Origin: a virus
Taxonomy: Duplodnaviria > Caudoviricetes
Strand: one strand, 5' to 3'
IMG/VR virus record: IMGVR_UViG_3300013936_000017
Coordinates: 1-64,000 of that record
Length of the DNA stretch: 64,000 bases
Made by a program: the position numbers and the translations under genes. Position 1 is the first letter of the stretch. Each line of letters opens with the position of its first letter. Under the pieces are notes generated by a model, which did not search any database, was not told the DNA's origin, and saw nothing but the letters and a program-made list of their open reading frames with translations. Positions 39,282 to 50,720 of this stretch are shown one piece after another.

Positions 39282-42200
39282 TGGCTAGTAGTGGTGGATA
39301 TAGTATTTATGTAGATGCAGAACTTAACTTAGATAAGTTAAAGAAGGATTTACAGACAAAAGGATTAAAACTGCCTCTTACTGTCGATAATTCCGGTGCG
39401 AAGAAGGCATCTAAAACATTAGAAGATATATCCAATAAAATGGAGGATGCAAATAGCCAAGTTTCACAATTTGGACTAACATGGCAAGAGGCATCGTCTA
39501 TTATGAGTAAGTGCGTCGACATTATTGAGAAAATGACCGACCAAGTATTTGAACTTGATACGTCATTAACAGAGTTAATATAAGCTCGCTTTCATTGTAA
39601 AATGAATGAATAATAATCTATTGAATTGCTGGAAACCCCTTAGAGCTATACAAACTACAACATAAGTATGAAATAAAACTAGGTGTGAGAGTTTGAAAAT
39701 TGTATAGATTGGGCAATCAGCAGCCAAGCCTTGAATAGAGGAAGGTTCAACGACTATCCCGCAAGGGAGTACACTGCAAGCGATTGGCGGTGGAAGTGGT
39801 AGACATCCAAGATTTGGATGAAGATATAGTCTGAACTCATATAGAAATATATGGAAATGTGTGGGAGTAGCGTCCTTTTAATAATGGGATTAAATTAGTT
39901 AGAATTCCTTATTGGGATTATAAAAATATTGAAAATATATTATCATCATTATTACACTAAAACATACTTGTTAAGAAGGTCTCCGACTTGTCGGGAAGCG
40001 CCTTAGATTTATATGTCGATAAACTTTCTGATATGGGAAAAGAAGTTGCTAGAACCGGTAAACCAAATCGGTCTGAGCCGGTATGTTGTGATGGTAAAGC
40101 AGCATAGAGAACGTCCCCTAAACCCTTGAAATCCTAAAGCCTTATCAGCTACAACATAAGGATGAGATATGCTTACGTGTGAATGCAAGAAATTATAAAA
40201 ATGATAAGGATTGCATATGGCGGAAACGCCTAAGTGCTGTAACAATGGAAGATTGGGCGCGAAGTCTTGATGAGAGATGTGTCAACAGAATATACGGGGT
40301 GGCCCTCCAACAATATAGGGTAAAGAATTATTCGGGCGGTATTTGAAAAAATATCGGATTATTGTATTGACAAATTACGAGATGTGTGCTATGGTTGTCT
40401 CATCAAATGAATGGAGGCAATAAATATGGGCAAGATGATGTTGATATTCGTAGCGGCTCTTATCTCTATTGATTATTTGAATAGTGGAATTCTAGGCACT
40501 ATTTTTTATATTTGGGGGCTTATTGAAGCATATAAAGTGCTTATTAGGCCGTTAATTCAGATTGCAAAAAAGCCGAAAAATAGTGATATTGATAATTATT
40601 TATATCATTGGAATAAGGCACAAAATGACATGGAAAAAGAATATGGTACTATTGATTGGCAGAATAGCCACAAAAAATAATTTGTTGATATAATAATAAT
40701 TTATGGCCGTCAGAGATGGTTGATGCGGCGACTTAACGGAATAGGTCGATTATGTAGAAATACATATAGAGAACGGGGTGAATTGCCGGAAACTCCTTAG
40801 AGCCTTTAACACCAAAGTGTAACAGAGTAAGGGATTGGACAATCGGCAGCCGAGCCAATATTGATTTATTGGAAGGTTCAACGACTAGGATTGAAATAAT
40901 ATCCGTAGACTTCAAGTGAAGTCGAAGTGCTCCGCAACCGCACAGGTTGAAGATATAGTCTAAACTTATATGAAAGTATAAGAGGTATTTATGATTAGGA
41001 AGAAAAAAGAAGCAGAAGTGCGCCAATGGTGTTCCGAAAATGGATTTGAACCATTGTCAATAAAAGGAGACTATTATAAAAACGGAAAATCCGTTATAAA
41101 GATTTCATTGAAATGCGAAAAATGTGGGACTAGATACGATAGAGATTGGAATAACTTAAAAAAGCAAAAATTCCCACATTGTTGTACTTCTTGCGCACAC
41201 ACAGAGATTCAAAATGAACGCAGGCTGAACGCGCAAAAGGTAGTTGATTTGTTTGCGAAGTACGGTTATAAAGTATTGACTCCAACAGACAGAATCAAGC
41301 CTGTAGGAAAGAGAAATCTTTATAATTTTGCAAAAGTAGATATTGAAGATAGGTTTGGTGTTGTGAGAAACATATGCTGGAATACTTTTCAGTCAAAATT
41401 GCAATATTACATTGACTTAAACGAAGGTGGTCATTGTTCTGCTGAGCTGACGAAGCCTAGTTCTTTAGAGCAAAAAGTAATTGATTTTTTGGACGAGAAT
41501 GAGATTCCATATAAGCGAGAATTTAAGTTTTCCGGATGTAGGAATAAATGTATGTTGCGCTTTGACTTTTGTTTATTTTATGATACAGAGAACAGAATTT
41601 TAATTGAGGTTGATGGTGAGCGGCACTATAAATCTTTATTTAAGGATTTGCAACATAATGATGAAATAAAAAATTATTATTGCACAACTAATAATATTCC
41701 ATTGCTTAGAATCCCATATTGGGAATTTAAGACAGACGATTACAAAAAGTCTATTCAAAATTTTATAAATACCAATAAAGTGTAACGAGCTTTATAAATA
41801 ATATTGATTTTCCGCAAAAATAGTTTCAACGATGAAGATTCTGCTAATTTAGCAAAAATTGCGGTTATGTTTACCAATGTAGCCGATGAAGAAATATCAG
41901 CTGCTGATAGTGCAGGCTTCATCATTTCTCAGATGAAAGCATTTGGTATTGAAGCCGAAAATGCAATACATATAATCGACTCTATCAATGCCGTTTCAAA
42001 CAACTATGCTGTTTCATCTGGGGATTTAGCTAATAGCATTGGCAATATGTCGGCGGCTTTGGCTGTTGGCAACAATTCATTTGAAGAATCTCTTGCGCTC
42101 CTCGCGAGTGGGACTGAGGTGACTCGAAACGCAAACAAAGTCTCTCGTGGACTTGTGAGTGTGCAGAGTCGCTTAAACCAAATTGTCGATGAAGGTTCCG

Positions 42201-45200
42201 ATGTTGGTCAAAAATTGACTGATTGGTATAAAGAGCATGATATTGCCATCAAAGACCAAGATGGGCAATTAAGAAGTCTATATGATGTTCTTAAAGATGT
42301 TGCTGGAATTTGGCCGACATTGACTAAGAACGAGCAAGCGTATTATCTTAATCAGCAAGCGGGTAGATTTATGCCCCAAATCAAGGCGTATATGCGGGGA
42401 ATTGCTTAGAGCCTTAGTTACTTGGAAGGGTAATGACCAACCAATAGTAAAAACACTAAGGATTGTTTAATCCGCAGGGAATTGTTCTTAATAGAGCTTG
42501 CCCTCAACGACTATCCCAAAAACGTGGCGAGGTGAGACGCTCGCAATAGGAGTACGGCCCAAGTGGGTGGGTGAAAATCCCTTAAATGGAAGTGCCTTGA
42601 CATTGAGAAATCAATGGAGATATAGTCTGAACATTATGGGAAATCCATAAGAAAGAAAGTTTTATTAAATTAAAAAATGGAATAATCGAGAGATATTGAT
42701 AGAGGTGGACGGGCAACAGCATTTTTATGTTGGTGGATGGACAGATGTGGATAAACTGCAATACAATCAAAAAACAGACAAGATAAAAGATGACTATTGT
42801 AAACTAAATTGGTATGAACTTGTACGCATTCCACATTGGATATATCGACACACGACACATAAAGATATATTAAATAAAACTTTCTTTGGCTAGAGTAACG
42901 ACCTAGCTTAACAAACTGTCGAATCAATCTCAGAATCTAGCGGCCATTTTATCGAATTTCAAGACGGCAACGTATGCGACAACGACTGCGCTTGAATCTG
43001 CTGGTTCTGCTGAACAAGAGAATCAACGTTATCTTGAATCGTTAAATGCTTCAGTTCAACAGTTGAAAGCGACATTCCAAGATTTTGCTAATAATGTAAT
43101 TAACAAAGATTTGGTACAAAATGCGCTGAAATTCCTAAATGCTATTCTAGAAGGATTAAGTAGTGGTGTTTGGACAACAATAACGCAGATTGGGTTACTT
43201 GCTGGCGTTTTAACGGGCGTGATTAGTATTGGTGGAACTGTTGGAAGTAAACTAATCGGGATGATTGGCGGTATGGGGGCATTTGGCACCGCTACTGCCG
43301 CCGCAACTGTGACAACTACAGGATTCGCCGCTTCATTAAAAGCCGCTGCGGCCGCTGCGGGGCCGTATGCTGCTGTTGCCGCTATTGTTGCAACAGTTGG
43401 TTATAAAGTCGTAAAATGGCTATTAAATCAGCGAGAAACATTAGAATCTGTCACTGAAGAGTTAGATAAAAATAATAGTGAGTTAGAAGCTAATAAAAAT
43501 AGGCTTCATGAACTATATCAAACTTCGTGGTATGATAGAACACCTGAGATTTCAGAGGAAATTGCAGCTCTCGAAGAAGAAAATAAAGAGTTGCAAGACC
43601 AAATAGACAAATTACAAGAACGTAAAAAAATTCTTGAGGGAGAAAAAGAACCCGGGAAGTCGCCTAAATATATTAGCGGTGGAACTGTAACAGAAACAAC
43701 TTCTGGTGGCTTTGCGCACACATATACTCTTCAATCGTGGCAAGAATATCTTGAGGGGATCAAAGATGCTCCGGGATATGCGGGAAAAACGCTTCGAGAG
43801 ATAGAGGATATGCTTGTAGATTCTGGTTCTACTATTATCTACGAAGCAGATAACACTATTACTCAACTTCAAGAAAAGCTATCTAGAGGAGTTAGACCAT
43901 CAAGTGATGAACTTGTAATGTACAATAATTTAATGTCTGAACTTGGTTCTTTTAGAGACGAAGATGGGATTATTCATTTTACGGAATTAAATTATTCTGC
44001 TGTACAATATGTTAGTTCATTGCTTGATTTGCAAGATGCGTATGAAGCAACAGCCGCAAAAGCCCGTACATATGCAGAGCAAGTAGCTTACACTAAGTCT
44101 AAAGATGCTCAAAATCAAGCGATTCTTAATGATGCCGTAGCTCAAGGTTTGACAACGCAATCAGAATATAACAACATGATTAAGGTTTATACTGATTATG
44201 GAATGTCATATTCCGATGCGTTGGCTGCTGTTGCAAAGCGATTTAAGGATGCAATTAGTGCTCTTGGGAATCTAAATAATGTTAGCGACCTAGCAAATGA
44301 AACCATTCAAGACTTAATCAAAGAGCTAACTAATGCTCAGACCGCCTATAATTTTTTCACAGAAGATGGCAATCTAAGCATTGATACTCTAGTAGATATT
44401 CGTGATGCATTTTCCGATGTTTCTGGTATTGACACATATATTGACCGCCTAGGCGCAGCTGGCAATACCGCTGATGATGTCCGCGAGATTCTTGGCCAAT
44501 TAGTAGAAGCTAAAGTTAAAGCGACATTCTCGACTGAGCAATTAGCCGGTTCTGAAGCAACCGTAGTAGCCAAGATGCTTGATGAGGCCGGTGTCGCCAA
44601 TTCGCTTGAAGTTGCTACGCGCCTAATTACTGAGGCGAAGTATGATTTAGCAAGTCAGAATATTGCGACAGATGGTACGATTGAGGATGCAATTAAACTC
44701 CTTAGTGCAGAAAAAAATGTATCTGAAGATGTTAGAATTGCATTTGTTAATCTTGTAGCTCAAGAGAAAATTTTCAACAATTCTACACTTGATGTTTCTC
44801 AAAAGCGGCAAGCGCTTATGGAACTTTATACAGCTGCCAATATGGTAAATGGTGCGTTGTCGTTTAATGCGGCATATGGCACGTTTGCTAATAATTATAT
44901 TGCTGCTGTTGGGGATGCCACAGAAGAAGAAATTCTTAATGCATTTAATCAATATTCTATTGATAAATACACACAACAGATTATAGATGCAACCAAAGAT
45001 GTCACATTTAAAGATAAAGATAAGAGTGGTACATCTGGTGGTGGCGGCTCGTCTAAATCTACAGAGGACACCAAGCTAACGGCGCTCAAAGAATCTGTTG
45101 AACTTCGCAAGTCTGAGCTTGACCTTATGGACGCTCAAGGCGCATCTGATACATCTCGGATTGAGAAAATCCGTGAAATTATTAAAGCTCTACAGAACCA

Positions 45201-46437
45201 GATTGATTATATGAAGAAATCTGGTGCAAGTCAAGCCGATATTAACGCGCTTATCAAAGAGCAGCTCAGTTATGAAGATAAAATCAAGGATATTTATAAT
45301 GAAATAATTGAGGCTCAAAAGGAAGCGTTGGAGACGCGGCGCGATAATCTCAAGTCTGCGTTTAGCACTATTACTGATATGGCGCAAGACGAGCTTGATA
45401 AAATCGAAGAGCTTGAAGATGAAATCAATAAGAAATATGATGATAAACTAGACGCTCTTGAAGATGCGAATGATGCACTTGAAGACCAGATTCAGCTTGA
45501 AGAAAAATTAGAAGCATTGGCCAAGGCTAAGACCACTAAAAAAATGGTTTATAGCAATGGCCAATTTGTCTATATGGATGACATTGACTCGATTTCTGCG
45601 GCTCAAAGTGAACTTGATACACTAAATCGTGAGCGCGAGCAAGAGCAACAAAAAGCAGAGATTGAGGCTCAACGCAAGCAAGAGCTTATTGATAATCGCA
45701 TAGAAGAGCGCAAAAAAGAATGGCAAGATTATATTGATACATGGGGTTCTATTGTCGATAATTACGAGAAGCAGCAAGATAAGTTGCTTGCATCACAGAT
45801 TTTCGGTATTAACCTAGAAGAACAAAATTGGCAGAAACGAATTGACAACGCCAAAAAGTTTGCAGACGAATATGCTAACATCATGAGTCAGATTAGCATG
45901 ATTGAAAACATTCAATCTGCGGCGTCTGCTAGTGGTGGCTTGACTGTTGACCCAAGCATTGATTATTCGGCCAAGATGCTACAAGCAAAGAGCGAGGATG
46001 AATTCTTGTATTGGTCTGCGTATCGTGATGCGAAGATTCAGCAAACAGGTTCGGAGTCTAAGATTACTAGCGGCAAAATTCGCAGTAATGAGCAATTGTA
46101 TAATGATTGGAAGAAAGCTCAAGGCTACGCCGTTGGCACATATTCTTCCAAGTCTGGTTTGGCTATGCTTGGAGAAAATGGCCCAGAGCTTGGCGTCCTC
46201 AAGGGCGGCACTGGCATTCTTCCTGCCGACATTACCAAAAATCTATGGGCGTGGGGAAGTACGACGCCAGCCCAGATGATGTACGCACTAGATTCTGTGT
46301 CTGGGCAAAATTCTGGCGGTGTAAACATGAACAATGTTGTGCTTGAATTCCCGAATGTTCGGGATGGTAACGACGCAAAAGATTTTGTAACTAATGTGGT
46401 CAATCTTGCTTATCAAAAGGCATATAAGAGGGCATAA
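39281..46437 (+). CDS. Tail tape measure protein; five exons 39281-39575, 39971-40059, 40710-40733, 41807-42364, 42919-46437; about 1494 aa
   Basis: Splicing rebuilds LDTSLTEFKKVSDL...VARTGSEMVDAATIFRKNSF...QQAGSNQ; NAVSNNYAVSS, LRSLYDVL and YAVGT...GENGPEL motifs. Confidence 0.88.
39576..39970 (+). mobile_element. Group I intron TMP-I1 (395 nt) with a 26-codon endonuclease remnant at 39880-39960
   Basis: P1 GAGT/GCTC, aattgctgg/aatcagcag, GACTA/TAGTC, terminal G; remnant NNGIKLVRIPYWDYKNIENIL. Confidence 0.9.
40367..40395 (+). promoter_or_regulatory. Intron-internal sigma-A promoter
   Basis: TTGACA-17-TATGGT with TGn extension. Confidence 0.7.
40426..40680 (+). CDS. 84-aa two-TM membrane protein inside intron TMP-I2
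   Basis: GGAGG RBS; MGKMMLIFVAALISIDYL and GILGTIFYIWGLIEAY hydrophobic segments; charged tail. Confidence 0.75.
   Translation: MGKMMLIFVAALISIDYLNSGILGTIFYIWGLIEAYKVLIRPLIQIAKKPKNSDIDNYLYHWNKAQNDMEKEYGTIDWQNSHKK
40734..41806 (+). mobile_element. Group I intron TMP-I3 with intact endonuclease gene
   Basis: P1 CGACT/GGTCG, aattgccgg/aatcggcag, GACTA/TAGTC, terminal G. Confidence 0.9.
40991..41785 (+). CDS. Intron-encoded Vsr/DUF559-like homing endonuclease with Zn finger
   Basis: CEKC..CTSC, S.LE, LRFDF, LIEVDGERHY, D..KN.YC....IPLLRIPYW. Confidence 0.85.
   Translation: MIRKKKEAEVRQWCSENGFEPLSIKGDYYKNGKSVIKISLKCEKCGTRYDRDWNNLKKQKFPHCCTSCAHTEIQNERRLNAQKVVDLFAKYGYKVLTPTDRIKPVGKRNLYNFAKVDIEDRFGVVRNICWNTFQSKLQYYIDLNEGGHCSAELTKPSSLEQKVIDFLDENEIPYKREFKFSGCRNKCMLRFDFCLFYDTENRILIEVDGERHYKSLFKDLQHNDEIKNYYCTTNNIPLLRIPYWEFKTDDYKKSIQNFINTNKV
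42365..42918 (+). mobile_element. Group I intron TMP-I4 with truncated endonuclease (about 42690-42893)
   Basis: P1 GGGT/GCCC, tgcgg/ccgca, GACTA/TAGTC, terminal G; only IEVDGQQHF...LVRIPHW remains. Confidence 0.88.
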
Positions 46438-46476
46438 AATACTGCCCTCTTATAAAGATATATAGTATGAAAGGGG

Positions 46477-46845
46477 TTGATGCGTATGGGTCAAGCAGAC
46501 GAATTTCTTAACGCCATAGATGTCATTGTAGATAAAAAACTGGCCGAAACATCAACTCGGGTTTATTCTGGTAGATGTGTGTCGGTCGACAGTGCGGCTA
46601 AGTGTACTGTAGCTATGAATGGCCGGAATAATTCTGTACAGTATTATGGTCAACAGCCGCTTATAGGTGCTACATATCGTGTAGTAGTGCCAGCTGGTAA
46701 TATGTCTAATGCGTATATTATCGTGGCGAATCCAAGCCCATATATCGCCTCTAAGACGGCCCCTAGTGATACTGGCGCGCTATGGATTGATACCAATTAT
46801 AACCAGATGAAATATTATAATGGAACCGCATGGGTTTCATGTTAA
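46477..46845 (+). CDS. Baseplate/tail protein
   Basis: Directly after tape measure; APSDTGALWIDT motif. Confidence 0.65.
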   Translation: MMRMGQADEFLNAIDVIVDKKLAETSTRVYSGRCVSVDSAAKCTVAMNGRNNSVQYYGQQPLIGATYRVVVPAGNMSNAYIIVANPSPYIASKTAPSDTGALWIDTNYNQMKYYNGTAWVSC

Positions 46846-46861
46846 AGGAGGGGCATAATAT

Positions 46862-48019
46862 ATGGCTTTAACCACTCCTAGTTTACTTACGGTTGATGCG
46901 TTTGATGCATCGGTCGTATATGATTCACAATCTATTGGTGGCGTAGAAGTAGGCGGCAAGGCGTTTAGATTCAATGTTCGTGGTGGCGACCAAGTAGTAG
47001 CCAATACACTGACAATTCTAAACAATGTTACCCTGCAACAGGCGTATTCGGCCACTCAGCAGACATATGCTTTCCAGCATATTCTTCCTGTCAACACACT
47101 GGCAAACGGCTCGTATTATCAAGCTACATTGGCTACAAAGAATGCGGCTGGTGATACATCCGCTTCATCTAGTGCAATTCAGTTTTATTGTTATGCTACG
47201 CCAAGCGTAGAATTTACGAACTTGCCAAGTCCGGCTTTAATTCAGAACAGCAGTTATACATTTGAGGTTGCATATACAAAGACTGGAATGGACGCTGTTG
47301 ATACGCTTAACGAGTATGCTTTTAATCTATACAATCAGAGCGGAACTTTGGTATCTACTAGTGGAACGTTGTATGATTCATCCGGCTCGATTCCTCTGCG
47401 GCTAAGCTATACATTTACTGGCTTTGAGGACAATTCACAGTACACAATTCAAATGGTTGGTCGTACAACACATGGTATGCGCGTATCTACTGCTCTTGTG
47501 GCATTCAATGTAAGATATAGTCGCCCATCCGCTTATTCATATTTAGTCTTGACAAATAACTGCCAAGATGGTAATATTACAGTACAGTCAAACGTAACGA
47601 GTATTAAAGGCGAGTCTAATCCAAGTCCTCCTGTATACATTGATGATAAAGAAGTCGATTTACGCGGTGATGGCTCGTGGGTTAAATGGGCTGATGGATA
47701 TGTTGTTACTAATGATTGGACGACGCGCGTGTGGGGGCGGCAATTTACATCCGATGCTGATATTTTCCAATTCAGCAATACATCTGGGGATATTGTCAAA
47801 ATTATTTACCATGAGGGGCAATATGACGTAGAGGATGCCGCTACGAAGGATATGGCTTGGATGGAATTAAATGCAATCAATAGTGGCCTAGATATTGGTT
47901 ACACTATTTTTAGTAATGCTATTGGCAAGCCAGACAATACAGAGCAGATATTTACATGGATTCGTCGAATCAATAATTTGTATGATTTGAAGATTGAGAA
48001 TAGAGGTGTGCAAGCGTGA
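46862..48019 (+). CDS. Beta-rich (FN3/Ig-like) tail protein
   Basis: S/T/Y-rich beta composition; tail operon. Confidence 0.65.
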   Translation: MALTTPSLLTVDAFDASVVYDSQSIGGVEVGGKAFRFNVRGGDQVVANTLTILNNVTLQQAYSATQQTYAFQHILPVNTLANGSYYQATLATKNAAGDTSASSSAIQFYCYATPSVEFTNLPSPALIQNSSYTFEVAYTKTGMDAVDTLNEYAFNLYNQSGTLVSTSGTLYDSSGSIPLRLSYTFTGFEDNSQYTIQMVGRTTHGMRVSTALVAFNVRYSRPSAYSYLVLTNNCQDGNITVQSNVTSIKGESNPSPPVYIDDKEVDLRGDGSWVKWADGYVVTNDWTTRVWGRQFTSDADIFQFSNTSGDIVKIIYHEGQYDVEDAATKDMAWMELNAINSGLDIGYTIFSNAIGKPDNTEQIFTWIRRINNLYDLKIENRGVQA

Positions 48020-48927
48020 TAGGACTTTTAGGGTATTCATTCTTAGGCGATATTAACGCGGCAGACCCATTTCCAAGCAATGTTGTAGGAATTACGGAGA
48101 CGACGATAAAGAACGGTATTTTTGACCATGTAGATATTAGTAAAAATACGACGTTTGATTACACGTCTGAAATTCCTGAAGGATGGGATTTTGATACGAT
48201 TCTTGACGCGAATCTTGATGGCAATATCAATGGTGGCAACGTCGACGAGATTATTGGCGGCATTACATTGGTAAAAATCAAGCGCCGTGCCAAGGGCGAT
48301 TTTGACTGGACGACCATTAAAGAAGTGTCTGTTTCTAGCGCTCTTGATTTGTCATTTGTGTTTACTGATAATCTTAACCTAAATGACACGCAATACGAAT
48401 ACGCATGGGTTCCGGTTATCGGCGATGTTGAAGGTGACTATATTACAAATGAAGTTTACTCTACGTTCCGTGGCGTATTTATTTGTGATGTTGATACGGT
48501 CTATAAATTCTTTTCTGGTGTTAAGTATGGCACGACTAATATAGTTCAGCAAGTAGGCGTATTTACGCCTTATGGCCGTCAATATCCAGTCGTCGTGAGC
48601 AATGGACTCGTTAATTATAGTACTGGCAGTATGAGTGGAAAGATTTTGCCTGATGGATATGAAGAGGGCAAAAATCATGACCTCAATTCGTCTATGATGA
48701 CGGCTAAATCTAAGCTGCTCATGAATTTCTTGACGAATAAAAAGCCAAAGATTGTAAAAGATTATCTGAATAATTCTTGGCTTTGCTTCATCACTGGCAA
48801 TCCATCGCTATCTTATGATAACTACGGCCTTGGTATGATGGACGCTTCGTTCAACTGGACAGAAATTGGCGATGTTCATAGCCGCACCGATTTGTATAAT
48901 GCTGGGTTGATTCCTTCGGAGGATTGA
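48016..48927 (+). CDS. Distal tail-like protein
   Basis: FLTNKKPKIVKD motif; YEYAWVPV. Confidence 0.6.
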   Translation: MIGLLGYSFLGDINAADPFPSNVVGITETTIKNGIFDHVDISKNTTFDYTSEIPEGWDFDTILDANLDGNINGGNVDEIIGGITLVKIKRRAKGDFDWTTIKEVSVSSALDLSFVFTDNLNLNDTQYEYAWVPVIGDVEGDYITNEVYSTFRGVFICDVDTVYKFFSGVKYGTTNIVQQVGVFTPYGRQYPVVVSNGLVNYSTGSMSGKILPDGYEEGKNHDLNSSMMTAKSKLLMNFLTNKKPKIVKDYLNNSWLCFITGNPSLSYDNYGLGMMDASFNWTEIGDVHSRTDLYNAGLIPSED

Positions 48928-48931
48928 TGAT

Positions 48932-50377
48932 ATGGCTATCAATATTTCCAATGAAGATTATAAGGTAATTAAACAGCAATATATTGTTAAATATCTACGG
49001 CTAAACATTCTTGATTTCAAGTTCAACGTCGTCAATGAGCTATCTGGCCGATTGACAGGTTGCAATATACAGTGCAATGCCGATAGCGATATTCGGCGCA
49101 CCTGCTCTGTTGATATGGTTGTAACCGACACATCGCTTGATATTCAGCCCGGAGGCCAGATTTTCCTTGATAAATATTGCCAGCCATATGTTGGCTATGA
49201 GGATATTTATACTGGTGAGATTCAATGGTACAATCAAGGAATCTATATGATTAACCAACCATCATTCCAGTATTCTGCAACGACGCATACGTTGTCTTTT
49301 AGCGGCATTGACCTTATGGGCAAGATGACGGGCGTAAGGAATGGCAATCTTGAGGGATTGCCCACAGTTATTCCACAAGGCTCGAATGTGCGCGAAGCAA
49401 TGATTGCTACAATTGGATTGGCTGGTTTTAATAATTACATTATAGAAGAATGTAAATTAAATGATGGCACAATTCAGCCAGTTCCTTATGATATTGAGAT
49501 TCAACAGGGCGGCACTGTATATAATATCCTCACTGAATTGCGTGATATTATGCCGAACTATCAGATTTATTTTGATGTGAATGGCGTATTTCATTATGAG
49601 CCAATTCCTGATGGAAAAGACGACCCGATTTTGATTGATGATGATTTGTGGCCTAGTGTGCTGATTCAAGAAAATGTATCAACGGATTTTGAATCAGTAA
49701 AGAACTACGTTGAGGTATATGGCAAAAGTCATGATGTTGACCATTATCCGTCAGAAATTTCCGTCAGTGGCTCAGATATAACATTGACCATCGCGTCATT
49801 ACCGACTTCGATTGATAAATATACCATGATTGGATTTACTACGCCAGAGGGGAATGCTATTAGCGGTAATATTACAATCAAAGTAAATTCGATTGATGCC
49901 ATTGCGCTTGTAGATAGTTCTGGAAAGCAAATTCAGTCGCTAGATGCCAATACATATTATGTGGCATATTATCAACCGGCAGAGGATAACGTAGCTGCTA
50001 CATGGCTATTTTTAGGACATCAACAGGCGACTGCAATCTCATGGGACGATAATCCAGATAGCCCATTTTATGTGAATGGTCCAGTTGGACAGATTCGTAT
50101 CGTGTTATATGGCGGTGATTATGATAACATCATGTCCGATGAACTGGCCAAGCAACGTGCAGACATTGAGGTTTACTGGCGATGTCGATTGAATGATAGT
50201 ATCTCGCTATCTTGTGTGCCAATTCCATGGATGGATGTTAATATCGTTATGAACCATGCAATGCGAGGTCATACAGAACAGGGTAAATATATTATTAAAT
50301 CATATAGCGTAGATTATGGTAGCGAGACTGGCCAGATGACCATCAATGCTATTACATTCTATGAATATTATAAATAG
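48932..50377 (+). CDS. Baseplate hub/Tal-like tail protein
   Basis: SDIRRTC, QGIY, DLMGKM, YFDVNGVF, IPWMDVN. Confidence 0.7.
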   Translation: MAINISNEDYKVIKQQYIVKYLRLNILDFKFNVVNELSGRLTGCNIQCNADSDIRRTCSVDMVVTDTSLDIQPGGQIFLDKYCQPYVGYEDIYTGEIQWYNQGIYMINQPSFQYSATTHTLSFSGIDLMGKMTGVRNGNLEGLPTVIPQGSNVREAMIATIGLAGFNNYIIEECKLNDGTIQPVPYDIEIQQGGTVYNILTELRDIMPNYQIYFDVNGVFHYEPIPDGKDDPILIDDDLWPSVLIQENVSTDFESVKNYVEVYGKSHDVDHYPSEISVSGSDITLTIASLPTSIDKYTMIGFTTPEGNAISGNITIKVNSIDAIALVDSSGKQIQSLDANTYYVAYYQPAEDNVAATWLFLGHQQATAISWDDNPDSPFYVNGPVGQIRIVLYGGDYDNIMSDELAKQRADIEVYWRCRLNDSISLSCVPIPWMDVNIVMNHAMRGHTEQGKYIIKSYSVDYGSETGQMTINAITFYEYYK

Positions 50378-50390
50378 GGGGGGCGTGTAA

Positions 50391-50720
50391 ATGCCTACTA
50401 CTTATCCGGGAAGCATTCAGCGCTTCCCGACAATGGAGAACATTACTGCGGCTGATTTGGCGCTCGTCAAGCAATATCATGATGCGATTGATGCTGGCGA
50501 TGCGACATTAGCACAGCAGATTTATAATTCCATTGAAAACGCAGATGCTAAATTCTTGACATCTGAGCTGTTCAATACAATGGCTGATACTGTGGTAGCA
50601 GTTCAGACAAGGATGAAAAATGAATATACTCCTGCATATATTTTATCTACGACGCAGCCGACAAGCCAGAGCAATGGTGATTATTGGTTTGAGATTACGG
50701 CCGTAGAGAATGGGGGTTGA
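50391..50720 (+). CDS. Small tail protein
   Basis: TYP..IQ.F start and QP..Q..GDYWF motif shared with 55722. Confidence 0.65.
   Translation: MPTTYPGSIQRFPTMENITAADLALVKQYHDAIDAGDATLAQQIYNSIENADAKFLTSELFNTMADTVVAVQTRMKNEYTPAYILSTTQPTSQSNGDYWFEITAVENGG

Larger units (their letters stand above)
40060..40709 (+). mobile_element. Divergent group I intron TMP-I2 carrying a membrane-protein gene
   Basis: P7 variant GAATA/TATTC in the usual tcaac.../aaaga... context; P5 region similar to TMP-I1; removal restores frame (3' end 40709, alternatively 40706). Confidence 0.72.

Noticed and set aside
34535-42918. Group II introns or inteins
   Set aside because: No GUGYG start, domain V or reverse transcriptase; the inserts contain stop codons
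39281-43062. Tape-measure fragments as pseudogene or assembly error
   Set aside because: Each interruption carries group I core motifs, and removal restores frame and conserved motifs
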